Assembly: GCA_902776955.1 (NCBI GenBank)
Contig: CACYSG010000003.1
Span: forward strand, 30,184 to 94,183
Origin: an uncultured Bacteroidales bacterium
Lineage (GTDB): Bacteria; Bacteroidota; Bacteroidia; Bacteroidales; Muribaculaceae
DNA length: 64,000 nt
Direction of reading: 5' to 3'
The notes below the pieces were generated by a model. The model was not told the DNA's origin. It worked only from the letters and a program-made list of their open reading frames with translations, and did no database searches. Positions 39,900 to 50,708 of the stretch are shown piece by piece (position 1 is the stretch's first letter; each line of letters opens with the position of its first letter). The translations under genes were made by a program, and so were the position numbers.

Positions 39900-42065
39900 C
39901 TAATTCCGTTTGATTACCCTCAGGTGAACCGGTTCACAGGAGGTGAAGGCCTTGGGGAGCCTGATGATGGTCAATGTGATGGTGTTGGACCCCTTGAGCA
40001 GTTTGGCATTGACCATATTACTGTAGGCCAGACCGTTTTGCTCCACCACGTTAGACCCCGCCATGACCAGCGTACCCATCGTGTGGCCATTGGCACTCAC
40101 GCGCCGCACGTCAAGGGTTCCCGTGGGACGGTAGCCCACGTCGATAAGGTAGTCGCCACCCTCGGCGACGCTGACGGTGACCGTGGCGGTGTCGAGCTCG
40201 GCATCGGGGATGAAAGCGACCTGGGGCGTGAGACCGAAATGGAACAGCGGCCTGGACATGAAGCCGTTGACAAATTTGCCGGCAATCTCGACCGAGAATT
40301 CAGTGAACGAGTCGGCATCAGGCAAGCCGAACACCGAATCGTTCAACGCGTCCAAGTGCCCGTTCACCGACAGACGATAGGGCGTGCCGGGAACAAAGTC
40401 CACGATGTGCCCGCTATCGCCGCTCCAGGTGACAACAGGGGTAGGGGGTAGCATGGCCTCGCTGGGGTGGATGGTCACGCGGCCTGACGAGTGGCTTCCC
40501 TCCTTGAGCATGATGACGATGTGGTGATGCCCTTGAATATTACCCGGGATAAAAGGCCCCTCAAGAGGGTTGCCGTTGTCGGTGATGGACTCCACATCAT
40601 TGCCGGTGCCATGAATCGTCACGTCGAGCACGGCCTGACGGTAGTGCAAGCCGCTGAGGGTCTTCTTGCCAGGCATGCACTCGGGAACCATCGGCGCAAA
40701 CTCGATGCCCTCGGGGGAGAAATGCATACCCGCCATGACGCGCAATATCATAGCGGCGTTTGACGCGCAGGTGCCCAAGTTGTCGATGGCCACTCCATCG
40801 ATATGGATGCCTCGTGACTGGTATAAGGCCTGAGTACGGTACAAGGCCCCCAAGCCATAGCGCAGCGCATTCTCATTACGCACATAGGCGGCTGCCAGGT
40901 TCCACATCGCCTGGGTCGTCGCCCATGAGGAATTGGTGAAATAGGGCTCGATGGCACTGGCGGCAGGATAGGATACATTCACCCCGAAGTAGGTGATGGG
41001 GGTTTGTGCGATGAGGTTCTCGGCACGGTTGTCATCGGCAATGCCCCACAGGACGCACATCGCCTGGGACGTGTTGTCGGTTAACGGTGCCTGGCGGGGA
41101 TAGGCCATGCCGTACAGGAACGAGCTGTAAAAGCCTTTGTTCTCATTCCACAGGTACTGGTTGATGGCATCCTTGAGGCGTTGGGCGTCTTTTTCATAAC
41201 TGTTCTCGATGCCCAACTCGTCGCACATCTCGGCCAGGATGGCATAGGCGTTGCCCGTCAAGATGTTATTGCCCAGAGACATGCAGGCAAACAGGTCATT
41301 ATAGCTCATCCAGGTCATGCGGCGAACGCCCAGCGGCTTGGATGATGTGTAACCCGCACCGTGAATCAGCCCTGTCTCATGGTCCAGAAGCACCGCCGAG
41401 TTGATGCTCAGGGTTTTCTCGATGACACAGCGGCTATAGGCCAGCCAGTTGCGGTCGCCTGTCACCTTATAGACCTCCCAAGCTGCTGTAGCCCAGCCGA
41501 TATGGTCGCTCACGACGGGCCACTGACCCTCGCGTTGCATGATGATACTGTCGCGATCCACAATCGAACGCAAGGTCGCCATCGACTGGTGAGGCTTGAG
41601 TGCCGCCAGCGACAGGAAAATGGAGCAGTAAAGACGGCTGTAATTATTATTGGAAGGGTTGAAACGGCCCGATTTGTCAACAGCGTCGGCGATATAATCG
41701 GTCGACATCAGGTACAACGCATCGATCAGGGGCTGGCCACTGTCATATTCGGGCATCATGAAGGGGCGCTTGCTGCGGGCCCGCCAGGACTTGCCGTGGA
41801 CGAAGTGCAAGGGGGTGTTACCCAAGTCGCCATACAGGCTGTCCAGACGAGCGACCGTGACGTTTGACACGATGCGGCTGGGGTCGGGGGAATAAGCGAT
41901 AACGGTATCCTCGATGATGCTGTCACCCGTCAGAGTGAAAATCTCGTTCTGGACAATCACGCGATTGCTCATCTGGCGTCGATCACTGCAGGCGCACAAC
42001 AAAACGATACTCACGGCAAATGCCGCAAGCACCACCATCGGGCCATGCGTCTTATTTGGCTTCAT
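39900..42065 (-). CDS. Lipoprotein with amylo-alpha-1,6-glucosidase/MGH1-like (alpha/alpha)6 domain, possibly inactive
   Basis: WPVVSDHIGWATAAWEVYKVTGD, LKDAINQYLW, LHYRQAVLDVTIHGTG; lipobox LCAC. Confidence 0.65.
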   Translation of the reverse strand: MKPNKTHGPMVVLAAFAVSIVLLCACSDRRQMSNRVIVQNEIFTLTGDSIIEDTVIAYSPDPSRIVSNVTVARLDSLYGDLGNTPLHFVHGKSWRARSKRPFMMPEYDSGQPLIDALYLMSTDYIADAVDKSGRFNPSNNNYSRLYCSIFLSLAALKPHQSMATLRSIVDRDSIIMQREGQWPVVSDHIGWATAAWEVYKVTGDRNWLAYSRCVIEKTLSINSAVLLDHETGLIHGAGYTSSKPLGVRRMTWMSYNDLFACMSLGNNILTGNAYAILAEMCDELGIENSYEKDAQRLKDAINQYLWNENKGFYSSFLYGMAYPRQAPLTDNTSQAMCVLWGIADDNRAENLIAQTPITYFGVNVSYPAASAIEPYFTNSSWATTQAMWNLAAAYVRNENALRYGLGALYRTQALYQSRGIHIDGVAIDNLGTCASNAAMILRVMAGMHFSPEGIEFAPMVPECMPGKKTLSGLHYRQAVLDVTIHGTGNDVESITDNGNPLEGPFIPGNIQGHHHIVIMLKEGSHSSGRVTIHPSEAMLPPTPVVTWSGDSGHIVDFVPGTPYRLSVNGHLDALNDSVFGLPDADSFTEFSVEIAGKFVNGFMSRPLFHFGLTPQVAFIPDAELDTATVTVSVAEGGDYLIDVGYRPTGTLDVRRVSANGHTMGTLVMAGSNVVEQNGLAYSNMVNAKLLKGSNTITLTIIRLPKAFTSCEPVHLRVIKRN

Positions 42066-42207
42066 CTACCGCAAAGGTACTGCATTTTTTCGATAAAACA
42101 AGTGGGAGCGGGAATTAATGCTAAAAACACGAAAGCAAAAAACCAGTCTCTGAAAAAAAATGACTATTTTTGCAGCCTAAAACAAGAAAAGGACAAAAAA
42201 TATAATA

Positions 42208-43995
42208 ATGAAGACAATACGCAACTTCTGTATCGTGGCTCACATTGACCACGGCAAGAGCACGTTGGCCGACCGACTGCTCGAGTACACCAACACTGTT
42301 GCCGGCAAGGACATGCAGGCCCAGGTGCTCGATGACATGGAGCTGGAGCGCGAGCGTGGCATCACCATCAAGAGCCACGCCATACAGATGGATTATATGA
42401 AAGACGGCACGAAGTTCACCCTCAACCTGATTGACACTCCGGGTCACGTGGACTTCTCCTACGAGGTGTCTCGTTCGATTGCCGCCTGCGAGGGTGCCCT
42501 GTTGGTGGTGGATGCCACTCAGGGTGTTCAGGCCCAGACCATCTCTAACCTCTATATGGCGATTGACAACGGCCTGGAAATCATCCCGGTTATCAACAAG
42601 ATTGACATGGACAGCGCCCACCCCGACGAGGTGGAAGACGAGATTGTGGAATTGCTCGGCTGTGACCCCAGCGAGATTATCCGTTGCAGTGCTCGCACGG
42701 GAGAAGGCGTCCCTGCCATCCTCGATGCCATTGTCGACCGCATTCCCGCACCCGAGGGCAATCCCGACGCCCCGTTGCAGGCGTTGATTTTTGACTCGGT
42801 ATTCAATTCTTTCCGTGGCATTATCGTCTATTTCAAGATATTGAACGGCTCGATTGCCAAGGGGGACTTTGTGAAGTTCGTCAATACCCAGAAGGAATAC
42901 AATGTCGATGAACTGGGCGTGCTCAAGCTCAGGCAGCAGCCGTGCGACCGTCTCTCGGCCGGAAACGTGGGATATATCATCTCGGGTATCAAGAATTCGA
43001 CCGAGGTGCGCGTGGGTGACACCATTACCCATGTGCAACAGCCGTGTGACAGCGCCATCGAGGGTTTCCAGGAAGTGAAGCCGATGGTGTTTGCTGGCGT
43101 TTATCCTATTGACCCCGAGGATTTTGAGAACCTGCGCGCCTCGCTTGAGAAATTGCAGCTCAATGATGCCGCGTTGACCTTCACTCCCGAGTCGTCGGTA
43201 GCGCTGGGCTTTGGCTTCCGTTGCGGTTTCCTGGGCTTGTTGCACATGGAAATCGTGCAGGAGCGTTTGAGCCGAGAGTTCAATATGGAGGTCATCACCA
43301 CCGTTCCCAACGTATCTTATAAGGTGTATGACAAAAAGGGCGGCATGACCGAGGTGCACAACCCCGCAGGCTTGCCCGACATCGCGATTATCGAGAAAAT
43401 CGAGGAACCCTACATCCGTGCCTCGATCATCACCCAGAGCGAGTTCATGGGACCGATTATCACGCTGTGCCTCTCCAAACGCGGTGAATTGGCCAAGCAG
43501 GAATACATCTCGGGCAATCGTCTGGAACTGACCTTCGACATCCCGCTGGGCGAAATCGTCATCGACTTCTATGACAAGTTGAAGAGCATCAGCAAGGGAT
43601 ATGCCTCGTTTGACTACTATATCAACGGCTATCGTGAGTCCAAACTCATCAAGCTCGATATCCTGCTCAACGGACAACCGGTTGATGCCCTGAGCACGCT
43701 GACCCATGTGGACAACGCCGTACCCCTGGGACGACGCATGTGCGAGAAGCTGAAGGAACTGATTCCCCGCCAACAATACGATATCGCCATCCAGGCGGCT
43801 ATCGGTGCCAAGATTATCGCGCGCGAGACCATCAAGCAGGTGCGCAAGGATGTGACCGCCAAGTGTTATGGTGGTGACGTCAGCCGTAAGCGCAAACTGC
43901 TCGAGAAACAGAAGGCCGGTAAGAAACGCATGAAACAAATCGGTACCGTACAAGTGCCTCAAAAGGCCTTCCTCGCCGTGCTCAAGCTGGACTAA
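42208..43995 (+). CDS. lepA: Translation elongation factor 4
   Basis: [53 protein letters not shown]. Confidence 0.98.
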   Translation: MKTIRNFCIVAHIDHGKSTLADRLLEYTNTVAGKDMQAQVLDDMELERERGITIKSHAIQMDYMKDGTKFTLNLIDTPGHVDFSYEVSRSIAACEGALLVVDATQGVQAQTISNLYMAIDNGLEIIPVINKIDMDSAHPDEVEDEIVELLGCDPSEIIRCSARTGEGVPAILDAIVDRIPAPEGNPDAPLQALIFDSVFNSFRGIIVYFKILNGSIAKGDFVKFVNTQKEYNVDELGVLKLRQQPCDRLSAGNVGYIISGIKNSTEVRVGDTITHVQQPCDSAIEGFQEVKPMVFAGVYPIDPEDFENLRASLEKLQLNDAALTFTPESSVALGFGFRCGFLGLLHMEIVQERLSREFNMEVITTVPNVSYKVYDKKGGMTEVHNPAGLPDIAIIEKIEEPYIRASIITQSEFMGPIITLCLSKRGELAKQEYISGNRLELTFDIPLGEIVIDFYDKLKSISKGYASFDYYINGYRESKLIKLDILLNGQPVDALSTLTHVDNAVPLGRRMCEKLKELIPRQQYDIAIQAAIGAKIIARETIKQVRKDVTAKCYGGDVSRKRKLLEKQKAGKKRMKQIGTVQVPQKAFLAVLKLD

Positions 43996-44024
43996 ACCTT
44001 TCATGAAAGAGTAGGGGGGGAGCA

Positions 44025-46112
44025 ATGGCCGACGACCTGAAACATATCGACCTTGATAATCCTGAATTTCAAGACGCTTGGAGCGTGCTCCGCAAGACCA
44101 ACCGCTCAATTTTCCTCACAGGAAAAGCAGGGACCGGAAAAAGCACATTCCTGAAATACATACGTGCCAACACCAAGAAGAAACTCGTGGTGCTGGCACC
44201 CACAGGTATTGCCGCTGTCAATGTGGGTGGACAGACGATGCACTCGTTCTTTAAGATTCCTTTCAAACCGCTCTTGCCTGATGATCCCGACATCTCCAAT
44301 ATCACCCGGTTGCGCAAGATGTTGCGTTACACCAAGGAGAAAGTCAAACTCATCCGCGAGCTGGAACTCATCATCATTGATGAGATTTCGATGGTCAGGG
44401 CCGATGTTATCGACTTTGTGGACAGGATATTAAGGGTATACTCTGGCAATATGAGGGAACCCTTTGGCGGCAAGCAGTTGCTGCTGGTTGGCGACATCTT
44501 CCAGCTGGAGCCGGTAGTTACCCACGATATCCGTGAAATCCTCAGACGCTACTACAAGAACTTCTTTTTCTTCAATGCACGGGCTTTTCAACAGATCAAC
44601 CTGGTAGCCGTCGAGCTGAAGAAGATTTATCGCCAGAGTGACAGCGATTTCATTTCTTTGCTGGACCGCGTGCGAGTCAACCGCGCCACGGTGAGCGACA
44701 TTGCCCTTCTGAACCAACGTTGCAACCCCGATTATCAGGAAGTTAACGATCAATTTGCCGTCACACTGGCAACCCGGCGCGATACGGTAGATTCCATCAA
44801 CGACGAGCACATGAATTCCTTGAAAACGCCCGAATTTGTCTATCAAGGCAAGATTGAGGGCGATTTCCCCGAGAATAACCTGCCGACGGCTTTGAGGCTA
44901 ACACTCAAGGAGGGCGCTCAAGTCATTTTTATCCGCAACGATAAGGAGGGGCGTTGGTATAACGGAACAATCGGAAAAGTGACCCGGCTCAGCGACAATG
45001 AAGTCTATGTGACACTAGAGAATGGAGTAGAGCTGGATGTTTTGCCCGAAGTGTGGGAAAACATGCAATACACCTATAATGAGAAAGAAAAGAAGGTCGA
45101 GGAGAAGGTGCTGGGAACATTCATGCAGATTCCCATCAAACCTGCTTGGGCCCTCACCGTACACAAGAGCCAAGGCCTGACCTTCAATCATGTGGTGCTT
45201 GACTTTGTGGGTGGCGCATTCACTGGCGGCCAGACCTATGTCGCACTCTCGCGATGCACCTCACTAGAGGGAATAACATTGCTTAAACCGCTGAGCGAGA
45301 GGGATATCATCGTCAATATGGCCGTTGTGGATTTCAGCCGTCAGTTCAACAACCGTCAGATTCTGAATGAAGCGATGGAACAAGAGCGTGCTAACCAGCT
45401 CTACCGTAGGGCGGTCCACGCATTTGACCATCAGGAATTTGACGACTGTGTCAGATGCTTCACCGAGGCCATGAAGATTAAAGATAATATTCAAAACGAG
45501 GCCGTCAAGCGTTTGATTGTCAGAAAATTAAATGTTTTCAAGAAACAAGCTCGCAGTATTGAACGATTGAAGGAAGTCATTGACAGTCAAAAGAAAACCC
45601 TTCAATCTCTGGCACTTGAATATGCCTCGATGGGTGACCAGGCTCTGAATCTTGACGAAAGTGGGGTAGTGGGAGAGGGTAGTGCGCACTACGGCAAACG
45701 CCTGGATGACATCGCCATAAAGTCGGCCCTGGCAAACTACAACAAGGCGCTTCGCATCATGCCGGATTGCATTGAAGCGATGATCGGGAAAGCACGGCTG
45801 TTGATGACGATTGATCAGCCAGATGGAGCTGAACAGGAATTAAACCGTGCGCTTGAACTCGATAAGAACAACTACATGGCCTTGATCACCATGGGCGAAC
45901 TGACGGAGGTGAACCGTGATATTCCAGAAGCCATCAAGTCCTACAAGAAAGCAGCTAAAGCCGATAAGAAACGCCCGGAACCACACGACCGCCTTCAAGC
46001 CATCTACGAAAGAATAGGATTTGACGATTTGGCAGACGAGGAAAAAGAAATTGCTGACCGCCTGAGACGCGCTCTCTATAAGTCCACAAAAACCAAGAGA
46101 AAGAAGAAATAA
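44025..46112 (+). CDS. Pif1/RecD-like SF1B helicase with C-terminal TPR domain
   Basis: GKAGTGKST, APTGIAA, IIDEISMV, GDIFQLEPV, TVHKSQGLT, YVALSR; TPR-like helices in the C-terminal third. Confidence 0.9.
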   Translation: MADDLKHIDLDNPEFQDAWSVLRKTNRSIFLTGKAGTGKSTFLKYIRANTKKKLVVLAPTGIAAVNVGGQTMHSFFKIPFKPLLPDDPDISNITRLRKMLRYTKEKVKLIRELELIIIDEISMVRADVIDFVDRILRVYSGNMREPFGGKQLLLVGDIFQLEPVVTHDIREILRRYYKNFFFFNARAFQQINLVAVELKKIYRQSDSDFISLLDRVRVNRATVSDIALLNQRCNPDYQEVNDQFAVTLATRRDTVDSINDEHMNSLKTPEFVYQGKIEGDFPENNLPTALRLTLKEGAQVIFIRNDKEGRWYNGTIGKVTRLSDNEVYVTLENGVELDVLPEVWENMQYTYNEKEKKVEEKVLGTFMQIPIKPAWALTVHKSQGLTFNHVVLDFVGGAFTGGQTYVALSRCTSLEGITLLKPLSERDIIVNMAVVDFSRQFNNRQILNEAMEQERANQLYRRAVHAFDHQEFDDCVRCFTEAMKIKDNIQNEAVKRLIVRKLNVFKKQARSIERLKEVIDSQKKTLQSLALEYASMGDQALNLDESGVVGEGSAHYGKRLDDIAIKSALANYNKALRIMPDCIEAMIGKARLLMTIDQPDGAEQELNRALELDKNNYMALITMGELTEVNRDIPEAIKSYKKAAKADKKRPEPHDRLQAIYERIGFDDLADEEKEIADRLRRALYKSTKTKRKKK

Positions 46113-46548
46113 TTCATAATTCATCTTTCTCATCGGTTTAAATCTTCGCTGCTTTATTAGACCTGTTTACTTCCATTAGACTGTTATTAGAACTTTATTT
46201 GGTTCGAATCTGGCCTATACGCCTCGGATTTTTGTCCTCTCTTGAATGGGGTGGTACATTTACTAATTCTCCGAATGTTTATTTTACATAATACAAATAT
46301 TTATTTTAATTAATGGGTGTAAATAGGGTATTCATTTGTAAATCAGTACGTTGATTCTATGTGATTTTGTTTAGTTATTATTCCTTCTCATTTCATTATT
46401 TCAATAGGAATAAAGTTTACTTGAAAAAACGGATTCTCATCGAGTTAAGTTCTCAAAAAAAACGGACATCTGTGCCATACCATCCTCATTATAACAACTG
46501 AAATATCTGAAATGTCTGAGGCATCCGCATTCCAATTATCTGAGTTCT

Positions 46549-46630
46549 GTAGAGACGCAAAATTTTGCGTCTCCCATCGTTAGGCTTTACCAATCTTGTC
46601 GCTTGGAGACGCAAAATTTTGCGTCTCTAC
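46549..46630. repeat. REPIN-like inverted pair of GTAG REPs, family C
   Basis: gtagagacgcaaaattttgcgtctc ... gagacgcaaaattttgcgtctctac. Confidence 0.85.
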
Positions 46631-46990
46631 AAGTGTACAGATTTCCTGAATGGATGAAATTATCAACATGACTACATGAATTTGATTTGAATTTCCATTA
46701 TTCTATTAATCAAATGACTAATTATTTTGTTTTAAAGTGATTGTTTAGATAAATATCGGCTAATTTGTTCAGATTGTTACTGAGGAATATCACGACCCTA
46801 CAAAAAACCGTAATTTTTATAATATGATTACCTATAAATTATATCTTTAATTTATTGTAAATTAAAGATTTATATTATATTAATTGAACTAAATATTTAT
46901 ATTTTAGTGGCAATAATGTTGACTCATTCGGGTATCACCAAATAATACTTACTTTTAGTACACATTATTTATAATAAAAAGATATTTTTG

Positions 46991-46998
46991 TAACTTTG
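46991..46998 (+). promoter_or_regulatory. -7 promoter element for the ABC exporter operon
   Basis: TAACTTTG, 29 nt before ATG 47028. Confidence 0.6.
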
Positions 46999-47027
46999 TA
47001 GCTTTCTAATCAACCAAATTATTCAAG

Positions 47028-48794
47028 ATGATAAAAACACTACTACAACAAGTCAAGCAGTATAAGACGGCAGCGCTACTGACGCCCGTTTTCATCATGC
47101 TCGAGGTTGTACTTGATGTGCTCATCCCATTTGTAACCGCCAAACTCATCGACTATGGCATCAATGCTGGCCACATGCCCAGTGTGATTAAGTATGGTGT
47201 CATCATGATTATCATGGCTTTCTTGAGCATGATGGCTGCCATCATGGCCGGACGATACGCTTCCTACGCTTCGTCGGGCTTTGCTTGCAACCTGCGTGAT
47301 GCCATGTACAAGAATATCCAGCGGTTTGCCTTCAGCGACATTGACAAGTACAGCACTTCGGGCCTCGTCACCCGCATGACGACAGACGTGACCAACCTGC
47401 AGAACGCTTTCCAGCAGATTATCCGAACATCGGTTCGTGCCCCGTTCAACCTCTTGTCCAGCATCGTGATGTGCTTTGTCATTAGCCCGGATCTGAGCCT
47501 AATCTTTATTGTTGCAAGTATTGTGCTGGGAGTTATATTGGCACTGATTATCAGCAAAGTATCTAAGATGTTCGCTCTTGTGTTCAAGCAGTATGACGTC
47601 CTCAACGGCGTTGTCCAGGAGAATGTCTCGGGAATCCGAGTGGTCAAAGCATTCGTGCGCGAGGATCATGAGAACGCTAAATTCTGGAGTGCCGCCAAAC
47701 GCCTTTATGACCTGAATGTCAAGGCCGAGAGTCTGATGGCGCTTAACCGTCCGTTGATGAACATGGTGGTCTATGGCTGTATCATTGCCATCTCCTGGTT
47801 CGGAGCCCAGTTCGTCATTGCCGGCAACCTGACTACGGGCCAGCTGACCTCGCTGTTCACCTATGTGATGTCAATCCTGATGTCACTGATGATGCTGAGT
47901 ATGATTTTTGTAACCATTACTCAAAGTCTTGCTAGCGGACAGCGTGTCGCTCAGGTAATTAACGAAATTCCCGATATCGTCAATCCGGAAAATGCCCTGA
48001 CCGAAATCCCGGATGGTTCAATAGATTTCAACCACGTTCATTTTGCCTACAAGGGAGGAAGCGGCGAGTATGCCCTGAGTGATATTGACCTGCACATCGC
48101 CAGCGGAGAATCCATTGGCGTGATAGGCGGTACGGGTAGCGGCAAGTCCTCATTAATTAATATGGTGAGCCGTCTGTATGACGCCTCCAAGGGGGAGGTC
48201 CTCATCGGCGGAAACAACGTCAATACCTATGACCTTGAAGTGCTGCGCGACAATGTGGCAGTCGTATTACAGAAGAACGTGTTATTTACCGGGACCATCC
48301 TCGACAACCTGCGTTGGGGCGACGAGAACGCCACGCTAGAGCAATGCCGAGAGGCCTGCCGGGTGGCATGTGCCGACGAGTTTATCATGGAGATGCCCGA
48401 TGGTTATATGACCCGTATCGAGCAAGGCGGCACCAATGTTTCCGGCGGCCAGAAACAGCGCCTGTGTATTGCCCGAGCCCTGTTGAAGAAGCCCAAAATC
48501 ATCGTGCTTGACGATAGCACGAGCGCCTGTGACAACACGACCGACGCACGCATCAGAGCCGCATTGCGCGACAATCTGCCCGAAATGACCAAAATCATCA
48601 TCTCGCAGCGCATCAGCAGCATCAAGGATTGTGACCGTATCCTCGTCCTCGACGATGGCAAAACAGCTGGTTTTGATTCACATGCTAACCTGTTGAAGAC
48701 CTGTAGGATATATCAGGAAATCTGTGCCATCCAAGAGCAGGCCGGAGGCGACTTTGACAAACCCCTTAAAGAAAGAAAGGAGGCCCAATCATGA
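47028..48794 (+). CDS. ABC exporter, permease plus ATPase (heterodimer subunit, degenerate site)
   Basis: TM domain, GGTGSGKS, VSGGQKQR, LDDSTSA. Confidence 0.92.
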   Translation: MIKTLLQQVKQYKTAALLTPVFIMLEVVLDVLIPFVTAKLIDYGINAGHMPSVIKYGVIMIIMAFLSMMAAIMAGRYASYASSGFACNLRDAMYKNIQRFAFSDIDKYSTSGLVTRMTTDVTNLQNAFQQIIRTSVRAPFNLLSSIVMCFVISPDLSLIFIVASIVLGVILALIISKVSKMFALVFKQYDVLNGVVQENVSGIRVVKAFVREDHENAKFWSAAKRLYDLNVKAESLMALNRPLMNMVVYGCIIAISWFGAQFVIAGNLTTGQLTSLFTYVMSILMSLMMLSMIFVTITQSLASGQRVAQVINEIPDIVNPENALTEIPDGSIDFNHVHFAYKGGSGEYALSDIDLHIASGESIGVIGGTGSGKSSLINMVSRLYDASKGEVLIGGNNVNTYDLEVLRDNVAVVLQKNVLFTGTILDNLRWGDENATLEQCREACRVACADEFIMEMPDGYMTRIEQGGTNVSGGQKQRLCIARALLKKPKIIVLDDSTSACDNTTDARIRAALRDNLPEMTKIIISQRISSIKDCDRILVLDDGKTAGFDSHANLLKTCRIYQEICAIQEQAGGDFDKPLKERKEAQS

Positions 48795-50698
48795 GAATGC
48801 CAGGAGCACCCAACAATCGCCATACTATCGTCGACACCACAGGCGTCGACAAGCGCGGCACCCTGTGGCGGCTTTTCAAGATAGTGATGAAGCACTACAA
48901 GTTCTCATTCCTTGCCGTTGCGGTATGTATCGTGGTGACCGCTTGCACTACCCTAGCCTCTACCCTATTCACCCGGACACTCATTGATGACTTCATCACC
49001 CCGATGATTGGCCAAGCGCATCCCGACTACGGGCCTCTGGCTGAAACGCTCGTCAAACTCGGCATCGTGCTGGCCTTCGGCGCCTTGTGTTCCTACCTGC
49101 ACAGCCGCTTGATGATCAATGTGACGCAGGGAACCATGCTCAAGTTGCGCAAGGGAATGTTTGAACACATGGAGACCCTTCCCATCAAGTACTTTGACAC
49201 CCATGCCCACGGCACCGTGATGTCGGCCTACACCAATGATGTGGACACCCTGCGACAGATGATTTCCAACAGTCTGCCTCAGGCTTTCAATTCGTTAATC
49301 ACACTGGGTATCACTTTTGCGAGCATGATCGTGATGAGTGTGCCGATGACCATTCTGTCTATCGTCATGGCCTTGATCATGGCATGGTCGACCACTTATC
49401 TTGGGAAACGATCCCGAAAACACTTCCGCGTTCAGCAGCAGAAGTTGGCCGAGGTCAACAGTTTCATCGAGGAGATGATGACGGGCCAGAAGGTCGTCAA
49501 AGTCTTCTGCCACGAGCAGAAAGCCATCGAACAGTTTGAGGTCATTAACGAGGAATTGCGTAGCAACACCTACGATGCCAACCGCATCGGCAACATTGTC
49601 ATGCCGGTCAACGGCAACTTGGGACATCTGAGCTATGTCCTCATGGGCGTTCTGGGAGCATGGCTTATCCTCAACGGCCACACCGGCATGACGCTGGGTA
49701 CGCTGGTGGCCTTCTTGACGCTTAACAAGAGTTTTGCGCGCCCAATCGCCAGCATCAGCCAGGAAATCAACAGTGTGCTCAACGCATCGGTTGGTGCCGA
49801 CCGCATTTTCAAGATTCTGGACGAGAAACCCGAGACCGACGAGGGCAGCATCAAGCTCATCAATGCCCAGCGCGGTGAGGACGGCCTGTTGCACCCGTGC
49901 AACCACCATACCGATATCTGGGCTTGGAAAATCCCGCTGGAGAACGGTAAACTGCGCTATGTCAAAGTCAATGGAGGTGTCAAGTTCAACCAGGTGGACT
50001 TCGGCTATAATGAGGGAAAACAGGTACTCTTTGACATCGACATTGATGCCATGCCCAACCAGAAGATAGCCTTTGTGGGCGGTACCGGAGCGGGCAAGAC
50101 CACCATTACCAATCTGATCAACCGATTCTATGACATTCAGGACGGAAAGGTCTTGTTCGACGGGATTAACATCAACGACATCAGCAAGCGGGACCTGCGT
50201 CACGGCCTGGGAATGGTATTGCAAGAGACCCACCTGTTCACCGGGTCGGTACTGGATAACATACGCTACGGTAGGCTTGAGGCCACTGACCAGGAATGCA
50301 TCGAGGCTGCCAAACTGGTCAACGCCGACAGTTTCATCCGTCGTCTGAGTGATGGATACCAGACAATCCTGAACGCCGACGGCGGAAACCTCAGCCAGGG
50401 CGAGCGGCAGCTTCTTGCCATTGCTCGAGCCGCCGTTGCCGATCCTCCCGTGCTCATCCTCGACGAGGCAACCAGCAGCATCGATACCCGCACCGAAACG
50501 CTTGTGCAACGCGGTATGGACTCGCTAATGAAGGGACGCACGACGTTTGTCATTGCCCACCGCCTCTCGACCGTGCGCAACAGCGACTGTATCATCGTTC
50601 TGGAGAAAGGCCGCATCATTGAAAGCGGAACACATGATGAGCTACTCGCCCAACGCGGCAAATACTACCAGTTGTATACTGGCGGAGAAATATCTTAG
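48791..50698 (+). CDS. ABC exporter, permease plus ATPase (heterodimer subunit)
   Basis: GGTGAGKT, LSQGERQ, LDEATSS, IAHRLST; ATGA overlap with partner. Confidence 0.92.
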   Translation: MRMPGAPNNRHTIVDTTGVDKRGTLWRLFKIVMKHYKFSFLAVAVCIVVTACTTLASTLFTRTLIDDFITPMIGQAHPDYGPLAETLVKLGIVLAFGALCSYLHSRLMINVTQGTMLKLRKGMFEHMETLPIKYFDTHAHGTVMSAYTNDVDTLRQMISNSLPQAFNSLITLGITFASMIVMSVPMTILSIVMALIMAWSTTYLGKRSRKHFRVQQQKLAEVNSFIEEMMTGQKVVKVFCHEQKAIEQFEVINEELRSNTYDANRIGNIVMPVNGNLGHLSYVLMGVLGAWLILNGHTGMTLGTLVAFLTLNKSFARPIASISQEINSVLNASVGADRIFKILDEKPETDEGSIKLINAQRGEDGLLHPCNHHTDIWAWKIPLENGKLRYVKVNGGVKFNQVDFGYNEGKQVLFDIDIDAMPNQKIAFVGGTGAGKTTITNLINRFYDIQDGKVLFDGININDISKRDLRHGLGMVLQETHLFTGSVLDNIRYGRLEATDQECIEAAKLVNADSFIRRLSDGYQTILNADGGNLSQGERQLLAIARAAVADPPVLILDEATSSIDTRTETLVQRGMDSLMKGRTTFVIAHRLSTVRNSDCIIVLEKGRIIESGTHDELLAQRGKYYQLYTGGEIS

Positions 50699-50708
50699 AC
50701 ATTAGGTT

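Noticed and set aside
46201-46210. tRNA or att fragment (ggttcgaatc)
   Set aside because: There is no paired T-stem, acceptor stem or cloverleaf
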